Made by a program: the position numbers and the translations under genes. Shown piece after piece: positions 39,852 through 48,017 of a DNA stretch of 64,000 nt. The stretch covers positions 1 to 64,000 of IMG/VR virus record IMGVR_UViG_3300021400_000062. One strand, written 5' to 3'. Below the pieces are notes generated by a model that searched no databases, was not told the DNA's origin, and was given only the letters and a program-made list of their open reading frames with translations. Source of the stretch: a virus. Its lineage: Duplodnaviria; Caudoviricetes. Position 1 is the first letter of the stretch; each line of letters opens with the position of its first letter.

Positions 39852-41390
39852 TTAGGCTGCAAGAACGGCAGGAATCATAGAGAATACTTTGGTTACATCA
39901 CGAACCACAGCACCAAATGTTCCAAGCACATGCACAGAAGCCTTATCATCAGTGTAGCTCATGTTAGGATTGCCCCACTGACCGGTGAATGGATTGCGAG
40001 GACCCCACATGTAAGAACGAGCATCAACAGGCTGACCTTCAATACCACAACGGTAAACATTAGGCTCATTGTTGTTACCCATATCATACACATCGAAGCG
40101 AGCAGCACTTGCAAGTGTGCCATCTTCCATCAGCATCTTGTTGTTAACAGGGTCATCCTTCTGGGTATCAAGAACAACATCAAGAACAATGCCCATAGGC
40201 CCAGAGTAACGAGTGAACTGATAACCAGCAGAAAGTGCTGTCTCGTGCATAGGAGAAGATGTCTTCTTAACCACGCCAAGACCATCACCATTGAACTGGA
40301 ACTCGGTCCAACCACTCATAGCATTGCGAACAGCATTGCTGAACAGTCTTGCACCAGCCTCACCTGTATGGAGAGCAAAGTGTCTTCCCTGACCAAGCTC
40401 AATCTTTGCAGAGCTGATACGGAGAAGTGCATCCTCAAGAACCTTCAGGGAGAAGTCATTGTAGTAAACAACATTACCTCTCTCAAGCTGTGCAAGAATA
40501 CCATCACCCTGCTTGATAACTTCACCGGAAACACCAAAGTTCATGTACTCACCATTGGACTTGCGGTTGGCAACAGAATAATAGTAAACATTATTCTTAT
40601 ACTCGCTCCAAGTCTGTGAAAATACATAATCCCAGTAGTGCATCCATACGAAGCCACCATTTTCTGGTGTAACCTTTACCTGCTTACCAGAGGCATCCAT
40701 CCTTGCAATGGTAGCACCAATGGCAACCTTCTTGTTATAAACATCACCAGAAGCCTCATCGTGCAAACGAATCATAGTAAACTCGTTGCGAGCCTTCATA
40801 GGTGCAGAGTGTCTTACACCACCAACCTCCTTGGAGAGCCCCCTCTCAACTGGTGCATAAGCATAGCTGAATCTCTCACCGGGCTGGAGCCTATCCCAAG
40901 GCAGACCATCGTTGGAACCGTTAATACTCTCACATTCATAGAGATATTTGGAACCATAAGCCTTTGGGTCATCCTTAATTCTTAATGGATAAATCTGATT
41001 GAGATTACCCATAATAACCTCGCCCTTGAAGAAGTAGGCCTCATCAAACAGAAGGAAGAGCACCTTTCCATTGGCACCAGCATTGCCTCCGTTGCTGGAA
41101 ACTGCTGTTGTGCCATCCTCATAGAAAGCCTTTACAAGAGGAATGTTCCTACGAGCAGAACCATAAACATCCCAAGTAATCTCGCTATCATCAGCAAACA
41201 TCTTGGTAGGGAACTTGGAAAGCTCGGAATCAATGGACTGACCAAAATTCCTTGCCATTACCTGAGTGAAGAACTCAGAAACTACATTTTGGTTCTGGCC
41301 ACCAAGCATACTGATGTGGTTTGCTTTGGTGATAATAGAACTCCAACCTGTAAAGCCTCTGGTCTGAAATTTTGAAAATCTAACTGCCAT
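39852..41390 (-). CDS. Major capsid protein (crAss-type HK97 fold)
   Basis: 512 aa; GEVIKQGDGILAQLE, LHTGEAGA..F, LSAGYQFT.Y motifs; strong codon bias; scaffold gene upstream. Confidence 0.88.
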   Translation of the reverse strand: MAVRFSKFQTRGFTGWSSIITKANHISMLGGQNQNVVSEFFTQVMARNFGQSIDSELSKFPTKMFADDSEITWDVYGSARRNIPLVKAFYEDGTTAVSSNGGNAGANGKVLFLLFDEAYFFKGEVIMGNLNQIYPLRIKDDPKAYGSKYLYECESINGSNDGLPWDRLQPGERFSYAYAPVERGLSKEVGGVRHSAPMKARNEFTMIRLHDEASGDVYNKKVAIGATIARMDASGKQVKVTPENGGFVWMHYWDYVFSQTWSEYKNNVYYYSVANRKSNGEYMNFGVSGEVIKQGDGILAQLERGNVVYYNDFSLKVLEDALLRISSAKIELGQGRHFALHTGEAGARLFSNAVRNAMSGWTEFQFNGDGLGVVKKTSSPMHETALSAGYQFTRYSGPMGIVLDVVLDTQKDDPVNNKMLMEDGTLASAARFDVYDMGNNNEPNVYRCGIEGQPVDARSYMWGPRNPFTGQWGNPNMSYTDDKASVHVLGTFGAVVRDVTKVFSMIPAVLAA

Positions 41391-41420
41391 AACGACTTGA
41401 TTAATTATTAATTATTTTAG

Positions 41421-42599
41421 TTAAAGTATTATCTGCCAAGTCTGTTCTCCTGAACCATAATTACCACCTTTCCCACCAACAAGATTAAGTGTTCCATCAG
41501 TGTTCCTTGCAGTACTGTTCAAGGTTCTCTCAAGAGCAGATATCTCCTTTTTTCTAACCTCTTTACTAACAGATTCCTTTACTTTGTCAAGCGATTTGAA
41601 TCCATCAGTAATAACATAGAAGTATGCCAAATACTTTCTGAAATCTGCCGGATTTTCATCAGCATATTTTTGCAGAGCACTTATTGGTCTGCCTTGCTTA
41701 TCCTTCCCGACAGGTCTGTTGATAGCATCAAAAATCTTTTGTCTGGTTGCCTTGTCAACCTTAATCTCTCCAAATGATTTCTCATCTTCAAGAATAGATT
41801 TCTTCAGCTTTTCAGCATCCTTCTTTCTGTCCTCAACAGCTTTCTCATACTCAGCTTTTCTCGCATTGAACTCTTCGTCATACTTGGCTTTATAAAACTT
41901 TTTGTTTGACTCAAGAGCATCTTTTGCTTCTTCAATATCAGTGCTGTTTTCAAAGATTTTTTGAACCTTTTCCTTTGCTCTGTCTTCCGAGAAACCCCTA
42001 TTAATCAAGTCTGTATAAATCAGATTCTTTCTAAGGTTTTCCCCTTCTTCAGTTTCAGCATTAATATCTTCTTCCTTAATACTGTCGAGATTTTTTAGAC
42101 TGTTTTCAAAGACCTGAATATCCGATGGTTCCATACCATAAGTAAGAGCATCGTTTATTCTCTTTTCTGTTTCTCCCAATCTGTTTGTTACAGTCTCTTC
42201 CAACTTTTCCTTGATGAAATCCTCAAAGTCGTTAGCATTGTCAATCTTTGAAAGTCTTTCATCATCTGCATCTGAAAAAAGGGGAACACCATCTACCTTA
42301 AATGCCGAGGCAATGGAAGAGTAGGTATTGGGAGAAGTACCTTCAGCTTGGCTTCCGGTGCTCCCTGTTTCTTTTTCAGACTTATCGCCACCTACGCTCT
42401 CCAGTTCAAGATTTGCAGCATCAAGAACTTCAGTAGCCTCGTTTTCAATGAACTCTTGTTTTTCTTCTTTCTTTTCTTCCTCTTTGTGCTCCGGCTCCTT
42501 GACTTCTTCTTTTGTTTTTTCTGGCTCTACAACCTTGTTGTCAAGCTCCAAATCGCTGGCATCGAGGACATTTTCCATTGATAAATTAAATTCTTCCAT
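41421..42599 (-). CDS. Putative capsid scaffolding protein
   Basis: Highly acidic N-terminus and coiled coils; immediately upstream of the MCP. Confidence 0.7.
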   Translation of the reverse strand: MEEFNLSMENVLDASDLELDNKVVEPEKTKEEVKEPEHKEEEKKEEKQEFIENEATEVLDAANLELESVGGDKSEKETGSTGSQAEGTSPNTYSSIASAFKVDGVPLFSDADDERLSKIDNANDFEDFIKEKLEETVTNRLGETEKRINDALTYGMEPSDIQVFENSLKNLDSIKEEDINAETEEGENLRKNLIYTDLINRGFSEDRAKEKVQKIFENSTDIEEAKDALESNKKFYKAKYDEEFNARKAEYEKAVEDRKKDAEKLKKSILEDEKSFGEIKVDKATRQKIFDAINRPVGKDKQGRPISALQKYADENPADFRKYLAYFYVITDGFKSLDKVKESVSKEVRKKEISALERTLNSTARNTDGTLNLVGGKGGNYGSGEQTWQIIL

Positions 42600-42624
42600 A
42601 TTGTTTCTCCATTTAATTTTGTAA

Positions 42625-42655
42625 CAAAAGTATCTAAAATAGCAAGAAAGGTCAA
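42625..42655 (-). promoter_or_regulatory. Sigma-A promoter for scaffold/MCP
   Basis: Minus strand TTG-20nt-TACTTTTG. Confidence 0.7.
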
Positions 42656-42712
42656 CAAGATTAAAATAATGTTAATCTTTGTTTAACACAATCTTAATCT
42701 TGAAGACCAAAA

Positions 42713-43153
42713 CTACTCGTTTTCAACAAGCTTGCCTCTCAATCTTAAAGCATCTCTATAACAGTGGTCACATAAGAAATACTTTGCTACTGGATATGTT
42801 TGTTTACCTATTTCACCTGCCAAGTATTGATATTCTTCTCCAATGAAATCAATATCATTAAACAGTGCTATATGTATTGCAAGGTGCCCCTTTTCATGGT
42901 CTATTGTTGATTGGAATTCTTGCGGAGAATCTGTCTTACCTATGACAAGTACAGATGTTCTGTCTTTTGGAGATGAGAATGTAAGACCCGAGTTAATTCC
43001 AGCATCATACAATCTATCTACAGTTTCTTCAGGATTTGTACAACCTATTGCTTCAAGGTCTTGCACTATCATATCATAGTATATGTCATCCACAAAATAA
43101 TATACCCTCACATACCAATTCCAATTCTTAAGCTTAAAATCCTGTATTATCAT
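42713..43153 (-). CDS. Putative zincin metallopeptidase
   Basis: STIDHEKGHL (HExxH) with downstream EEYQYL; ATGA overlap with the upstream stop. Confidence 0.6.
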   Translation of the reverse strand: MIIQDFKLKNWNWYVRVYYFVDDIYYDMIVQDLEAIGCTNPEETVDRLYDAGINSGLTFSSPKDRTSVLVIGKTDSPQEFQSTIDHEKGHLAIHIALFNDIDFIGEEYQYLAGEIGKQTYPVAKYFLCDHCYRDALRLRGKLVENE

Positions 43154-43554
43154 ACCATATCCTCCCAATCAATAGGAGTGCCGCTACCTATACAGTCTGC
43201 ATAGAATCTTGTAAATACCATACCATCATAAGCATCCGGGTCTTTTATTACATCTTTAACATACATTACAAGATGTTGTTCATCCATTATAGATGAGCCA
43301 AGAAAATCAGCTGAACACATATTGGCAACATATAGAGCATCATAGGAGAATGGTATGTTCACACCAAATCTCTGCATAATACTTTCAAGTTGCTCCTTTG
43401 TATATTTCCTTGGTTCAATCTCTCTGCCATTGGCATCTTTCTTGAACATCTTACTTACAGCCCATTCACACATTTTCTTGGAGAAGTGCCACCCATAATA
43501 ACCTATGTATTCTTCCATTCCGGAAGGAAATTTTTCTTTATAATCAAGTCTCAT
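43150..43554 (-). CDS. Hypothetical helical protein (cassette)
   Basis: YYGWHFSKKMCEWAVSKM...YVANM..ADF...D.D.YDG..F.RFYAD, recognisable from Bacteroidota phages. Confidence 0.75.
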   Translation of the reverse strand: MRLDYKEKFPSGMEEYIGYYGWHFSKKMCEWAVSKMFKKDANGREIEPRKYTKEQLESIMQRFGVNIPFSYDALYVANMCSADFLGSSIMDEQHLVMYVKDVIKDPDAYDGMVFTRFYADCIGSGTPIDWEDMV

Positions 43555-43564
43555 ACCTATATAT

Positions 43565-43591
43565 AAATAAAGGGGAGTGTTACCTCCCCTT
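43565..43591 (-). terminator. Intrinsic terminator inside the cassette
   Basis: AAGGGGAG-6nt loop-CTCCCCTT followed by a T/A tract on the minus strand. Confidence 0.7.
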
Positions 43592-43600
43592 GGTTAAACA

Positions 43601-43810
43601 TTACTCCTCACGGTAACTTCCACCCATGCGGGAGCTTCTTTCACCATAATAGCTTTTAGCTTCTTTCATTGCATCCCTGTAGCCATCTTCATAACCACAT
43701 TCATAAGCTTCATCTATATGGTCTTCTTTATATCCTCTCATGCCAGACTTATATCCACGCCTGCCAAATCTTGAGGTTTCGTCTTGTTCTCTTATTTCCC
43801 AAAGTCTCAT
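43601..43810 (-). CDS. Small charged Gly/Arg/Tyr-rich protein (cassette)
   Basis: 69 aa; AYECGYEDGYRDAM. Confidence 0.65.
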   Translation of the reverse strand: MRLWEIREQDETSRFGRRGYKSGMRGYKEDHIDEAYECGYEDGYRDAMKEAKSYYGERSSRMGGSYREE

Positions 43811-43811
43811 A

Positions 43812-44336
43812 TTACATTCCTGTTTTTGATAATCTTTCAAGCAGTAAGGCATTGGTCTTCATTAGTTCAGAAACATTCTTTGACATCTCGTCCATCTTTC
43901 CCTTTAGAGTATTTATTTCCTCTTTTTGGGTTTGCTTTTCAGCATATTCTGGATTAAGCTCAACCAATATCTTATCATATTGTTCAACCAAACCTTCGTG
44001 ATATTCTCTGCTATTGATGATGTCTATACTCTTTTGTTTTGAACTTAGTACCTCAGAATTCATGGCTTCTCTACTATCAGCAACCACTATACTCTCTCCA
44101 TTACTGAATGTATCAGCAATGTCTTGCTGTGAAGGAAGCCCGTTATAATTAGCTGTTATATCACCAATCTTAACAGATATATCTGTAACTAACTCTTGTG
44201 GTTGACCAAAAGTTGTCGGTATAGTGTATTTCGGTTTGGTTATAGGCTGAGAAATAACTTGCCCAATCTCCAAATATGGTTTGTTTGTTTTGTGCAGAAC
44301 ATATATTTGACCATTCTGCCTTACTGATTGAAACAT
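43812..44336 (-). CDS. Hypothetical protein, beta N-domain plus coiled coil (cassette)
   Basis: MFQSVRQN..IYVLHK start; LNPEYAEK..Q..EI..L coiled coil. Confidence 0.75.
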   Translation of the reverse strand: MFQSVRQNGQIYVLHKTNKPYLEIGQVISQPITKPKYTIPTTFGQPQELVTDISVKIGDITANYNGLPSQQDIADTFSNGESIVVADSREAMNSEVLSSKQKSIDIINSREYHEGLVEQYDKILVELNPEYAEKQTQKEEINTLKGKMDEMSKNVSELMKTNALLLERLSKTGM

Positions 44337-44355
44337 ATTATCTTGTGTTTATAAT

Positions 44356-44685
44356 TTAACCTATAAGCTTTAAGATGTTCAAAGCTCTATCGTAATATAC
44401 AAGGTATACATCTGGTCCATCAAAGTCTGCAACAGTCAGGTTTGCACCACCGGATACTGTTACATTCTGTGTATTTCCAGCCATTGAGAATCTTATTGGA
44501 AGGGTTGTTGTTGTACCTTCAGGAATAGCTTCTGAAAGATAGACAAGCAACAAACCGCTAAAAGGGTTTCTATCCCAATCTGGATTGAACTGGAAGTCTA
44601 CAGCAGTATCACTTACTGTTACTCTTGTGGACTTTATTCTTGGAATACCGTTGATATTGGCATATTGATAAGGGAATCTTGCCAT
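44356..44685 (-). CDS. Small beta-sandwich protein (cassette)
   Basis: 109-aa beta-rich ORF; IPEGTTTTLPI, VYLVYYDR. Confidence 0.75.
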   Translation of the reverse strand: MARFPYQYANINGIPRIKSTRVTVSDTAVDFQFNPDWDRNPFSGLLLVYLSEAIPEGTTTTLPIRFSMAGNTQNVTVSGGANLTVADFDGPDVYLVYYDRALNILKLIG

Positions 44686-44704
44686 AGCATAATCCTCCTA
44701 TCAA

Positions 44705-45592
44705 TTATCCCCAATAGCTCTGACCATTCCAGCCATACCCATAGCCATTAAATCCACCGTAGAATGGTGTGTTATTTACAGCTGTAAGGTTTGGCCAAAC
44801 TACAGGAACAGTATTAGGTTGTCTGTTTTCAATCTCATTAACCTTTGCTTGAATAGGTGCAAGAATGGCTGCAATCTGAGCTGTCTGGTTTGCATTGTCT
44901 ATCTGACCACGGAGAGTTGAGATAACCTCATTCTTGGTGTTGATTTCATTCTGCATATCACGCTCTTTAGCATCACAGAACTCCTTAACCATAGTAGTCT
45001 TAAGGTCTGCAATAGCATCAACAGTACGCTGGCCACTCCCACTGATTGCAGTACCAAGAGTGTTGGTCTGATTGAGTGTAGCAATCTGGTTTTCATAACC
45101 TTGAGATGTAACAAGAAGTTTATTCTCGCAGCAGCACTGACACAGCTGGGAAGCAAGACTTGCGTTACCACTCTGGATAGCATTAACAACCTGAAGTGAA
45201 GACATTCCAAGCTGACCGCCAAGAGTAGCAATGCTTGTACTTACAGTACTAAGTGCAGACTTGATAGCATCAAGACTGTAACCAGACATTGTAGAAAGCT
45301 GCCTTACATCAGCATCTGTACCATCAATTGCACGCAGTACAGTTTCTGCATTATTGTTGGCTGTAGCCTGTGCACCAAGAGCTGCTGCTGCACCAGAATT
45401 ACCACCACCAAAATTACTAAAACCTCCCCAACCATTACCAAAGAGGAGACCAAGGATAAAACCAATAGCACCACCAGCAAGACCATTTCCACCAAAGAAT
45501 CCATTGTTGCCATTGTTCATAGCAAGCCAAGCTGGAACAGAACCATAGCCATCACCATTGCCAAATACATAAGTTTTTGTATCTTCTGCCAT
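44705..45592 (-). CDS. Gly/Asn-rich TM protein with CQCCC motif and coiled coil (cassette lead gene)
   Basis: NNGNNGFFGGNG-TM-GNGWGG; SQLCQCCCENK; C-terminal aromatic/Gly tail. Confidence 0.8.
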   Translation of the reverse strand: MAEDTKTYVFGNGDGYGSVPAWLAMNNGNNGFFGGNGLAGGAIGFILGLLFGNGWGGFSNFGGGNSGAAAALGAQATANNNAETVLRAIDGTDADVRQLSTMSGYSLDAIKSALSTVSTSIATLGGQLGMSSLQVVNAIQSGNASLASQLCQCCCENKLLVTSQGYENQIATLNQTNTLGTAISGSGQRTVDAIADLKTTMVKEFCDAKERDMQNEINTKNEVISTLRGQIDNANQTAQIAAILAPIQAKVNEIENRQPNTVPVVWPNLTAVNNTPFYGGFNGYGYGWNGQSYWG

Positions 45593-45646
45593 AATAAATT
45601 TAACTTTAAATTGTTTGTTTAATTTGTTTTTGTAAGCTTACGGCAG

Positions 45647-45678
45647 CAAATATAATGTGTGTTTTTCCGGAAAGACAA
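45647..45678 (-). promoter_or_regulatory. Sigma-A promoter of the cassette
   Basis: Minus strand TTG-21nt-TATATTTG just downstream of a terminator. Confidence 0.7.
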
Positions 45679-45685
45679 CAATACT

Positions 45686-45720
45686 AAAACCCCTCACAGA
45701 TTACTCTGCAAGGGGTTTTT
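45686..45720 (-). terminator. Intrinsic terminator
   Basis: Minus strand CCCCTTGCAGA-GTAA-TCTGTGAGGGG-TTTT with G.U pairs. Confidence 0.8.
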
Positions 45721-45744
45721 ATTTAGTAATGTATTTAGGTTTTA

Positions 45745-45903
45745 TTAGAATGTATCAGCAGCTTTGTTTGCTATATAATTTATCATAAAATCTTTTATTG
45801 GAGAACCGTTTTCTTTCTGTTGTATATACGACACAATCTGCTTTAAGAGAACATTGTTTTCTCTTAAAAGTAACAACATTTCTCTTTCTTCAGCATTTGT
45901 CAT
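45745..45903 (-). CDS. 52-aa small protein (not in ORF track)
   Basis: Hand translation MTNAEEREMLLLLRENNVLLKQIVSYIQQ...AADTF*; fills the gap in the operon. Confidence 0.55.
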   Translation of the reverse strand: MTNAEEREMLLLLRENNVLLKQIVSYIQQKENGSPIKDFMINYIANKAADTF

Positions 45904-45906
45904 ATA

Positions 45907-46095
45907 TTATGATTCACCATCATCAGAATTGCTTGGTTCTTGATTGTCTTGAGTATTTTCTGGCTCTTCCTTTTTATTTGTTGATACCCACGCACCATTT
46001 AATGGAAACAACAGCTCTCCAGTAGATGGTTTCAGCCAGCCAACATTCATTACGGTTGGCTCATATTCCTGAATTAAAATAGAATTAATTTTCAT
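45907..46095 (-). CDS. 62-aa hypothetical protein
   Basis: ORF in operon; EP...VGWLKP motif and acidic tail. Confidence 0.55.
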   Translation of the reverse strand: MKINSILIQEYEPTVMNVGWLKPSTGELLFPLNGAWVSTNKKEEPENTQDNQEPSNSDDGES

Positions 46096-46384
46096 TTTTA
46101 TTTAGTTTTATATATTTATCCAAATCCTGTTTATACCACCTCAACTCTTTAAATCCAGCAACCTTCTTACCTTTTGGCAGTTTACCTTCAGCTACAAGAT
46201 TATCAAACGTTGCTCTACTTATATTAAGGTATGTATATGCTTGATATTTGCTTATACCATTTTCTCTTGCAAACTCATTCAATGCTCTTGCAACACTTAT
46301 TGCATCATCCTCTGATATATTTGTATTACCAGCATCTATATCATCTACAATTCTAATGAGCTGTTGTTTTATCAGGCCTATCAT
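46085..46384 (-). CDS. AlpA/excisionase-like HTH DNA-binding protein
   Basis: SKYQAYTYLNISRATFDNLVAEGKLPKG...LRWYKQDLD. Confidence 0.8.
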   Translation of the reverse strand: MIGLIKQQLIRIVDDIDAGNTNISEDDAISVARALNEFARENGISKYQAYTYLNISRATFDNLVAEGKLPKGKKVAGFKELRWYKQDLDKYIKLNKNEN

Positions 46385-46763
46385 TTTTTGTCTCCTTTTG
46401 ATGCAAATATAGTATTAAAAACAAGAATATAGCAATCACTATACTATTTATTATTGCAAACATTACATCGCTTATTGGTAAATTAAAGTGAAAATCTATA
46501 GCACTTATTATATTTACAACAAGAATATAGTGTAAGAACATTCTATGATATTCACAAAACCTAAAAGCATATGAACATAAATACATAAAAGCCAAAGGCA
46601 ATAATGATACTCCACCGATATATGATAGTGCTGATATATCAATACCAATCAGACATAACACTGTATTTATTGTATATACCAACGCTATTAGCATTGGTAT
46701 AATTTTAAGCGAGATTATTGTTAATTTATATAATCTCTTATTTATGTCTGATTTTTCCGCCAC
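46353..46763 (-). CDS. Four-TM membrane protein
   Basis: Four hydrophobic segments; SYAFRFCEYHRMFLHY; GTG start overlapping the upstream peptide. Confidence 0.7.
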   Translation of the reverse strand: MAEKSDINKRLYKLTIISLKIIPMLIALVYTINTVLCLIGIDISALSYIGGVSLLPLAFMYLCSYAFRFCEYHRMFLHYILVVNIISAIDFHFNLPISDVMFAIINSIVIAIFLFLILYLHQKETKNDRPDKTTAH

Positions 46764-46866
46764 AAGCTTTTAGGTTGCCACCATTACCAAGTCTTCTTTT
46801 TCCTGTTTTAAGACCAGCCCTTGGTGTTCTTGGGTCTGATTTCCTTCTTTTTGTAGCCATTTCCAT
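46738..46866 (-). CDS. 42-aa basic peptide with two xGG motifs (not in ORF track)
   Basis: MEMATKRRKSDPRTPRAGLKTGKRRLGNGGNLKACGGKIRHK*; TAATG stop/start coupling with the upstream gene. Confidence 0.6.
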   Translation of the reverse strand: MEMATKRRKSDPRTPRAGLKTGKRRLGNGGNLKACGGKIRHK

Positions 46867-47315
46867 TATTTCTTATTTTGTTTATCAACCATCATAATCT
46901 TCTTTAATGATTCAAGACTTTCCGGTGTGAGTATATTTTCTTCACCACCATCAGCTCGCTTGATAGCAGAAGCAAGCACAAAGTTTGTGAGGGTCATTAT
47001 CTGTTTTCTACTTTCAGCAACCTCATTCTTCAACTCAACAATCTCTTTCTTAAGCTCTTTCTTTTCCTCTATAAGCTGAAGTTTCTCATCAGATAGATTT
47101 CTGTTTTGAGCGATTACCAAATCATTCTGTTCTTTCATGTTGGCAATCATATCTTCGTACATCTTTTTATAGCTGTCCAAAGACTTGTCAAAGTTATCTA
47201 TCTTTGCACCCTGTACTTCTGTCTTATATTTGTTTCTTGCAAAGATATAAGATGCAAAGCTACCGGCTGTTGCAGAAGCAAAATAGCCTATAATATTCCA
47301 AAGTTCCGCGCTCAT
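46866..47315 (-). CDS. Putative holin-like protein (1 TM plus coiled coil)
   Basis: N-terminal hydrophobic helix followed by a long coiled coil. Confidence 0.5.
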   Translation of the reverse strand: MSAELWNIIGYFASATAGSFASYIFARNKYKTEVQGAKIDNFDKSLDSYKKMYEDMIANMKEQNDLVIAQNRNLSDEKLQLIEEKKELKKEIVELKNEVAESRKQIMTLTNFVLASAIKRADGGEENILTPESLESLKKIMMVDKQNKK

Positions 47316-47920
47316 TTTATTACTTCAATAAATTTTTGTTTTTCATTAATTATAAATGGATTCTTCTCTACAACTTCAACTTCCACTATTTTACTCTTCT
47401 TCTTAAACCAGTCTCTAACTTTACAGTCAGATGGGTTAAGCAATACCTTTTTGTATGAAGCAACTATATATTTTTCACTTGGAACTTTGATATTAAGACC
47501 TACCATTTGTGGATATTCAAGATGTAAACCAATTGTATACCACTTATTATTTACCGTTGTATCAACCTTTGTATTTTTAACAAAGATTGTATCTGTAAGT
47601 CTTATTGTATCTTTTATGTTTGCTATTGATTGAAGATAAGCCAAAGAAGCGAGCTGCTTATCTTTAACTTTTAAATCTCTCTTGAGCGAAACCATCTCTT
47701 TAACAAGAGAATCGTTGCTATGGTTAAGCTCTGCTATTGTATATTTGAACTGTATGGAATTACTCTTTAGTGAATCATTCTCTGCTATATAGGCAAGCTC
47801 GTTTTTCTTTGAAATCTCAAGGGATTTTCTCAATGATTTATTAATAGACATGAAGCAATATACCACTGAAAACAATACAGCGATTGCAACAAGTCCTATA
47901 ATATAATCCCTTAATTTCAT
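47312..47920 (-). CDS. Putative spanin-like membrane-anchored coiled-coil protein
   Basis: N-terminal TM, coiled coil, DTIRLTDTIFV repeats, C-terminal NPF motif. Confidence 0.5.
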   Translation of the reverse strand: MKLRDYIIGLVAIAVLFSVVYCFMSINKSLRKSLEISKKNELAYIAENDSLKSNSIQFKYTIAELNHSNDSLVKEMVSLKRDLKVKDKQLASLAYLQSIANIKDTIRLTDTIFVKNTKVDTTVNNKWYTIGLHLEYPQMVGLNIKVPSEKYIVASYKKVLLNPSDCKVRDWFKKKSKIVEVEVVEKNPFIINEKQKFIEVIK

Positions 47921-47924
47921 GTTG

Positions 47925-47955
47925 CAATTATAGATAAACTTTAAATAATCTACAA
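47925..47955 (-). promoter_or_regulatory. Possible sigma-A promoter, near-leaderless
   Basis: Minus strand TTG-20nt-TATAATTG (one mismatch to the consensus), 4 nt before ATG 47920. Confidence 0.45.
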
Positions 47956-47970
47956 GCGTTTTAATAAATA

Positions 47971-47998
47971 ATTTAGCAGTACGTTTGTGCTGCTAAAT
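47971..47998 (-). terminator. Terminator hairpin after the portal gene
   Basis: ATTTAGCAGTAC-GTTT-GTGCTGCTAAAT inverted repeat. Confidence 0.7.
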
Positions 47999-48017
47999 AA
48001 ATTTGTTTATCAAATGT

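Noticed and set aside
37297-40619. Two 264-aa + strand ORFs (37297-38091, 39825-40619)
   Set aside because: They are antisense shadows of the auxiliary capsid and MCP genes, explained by strong codon bias. They show no motifs or promoter.
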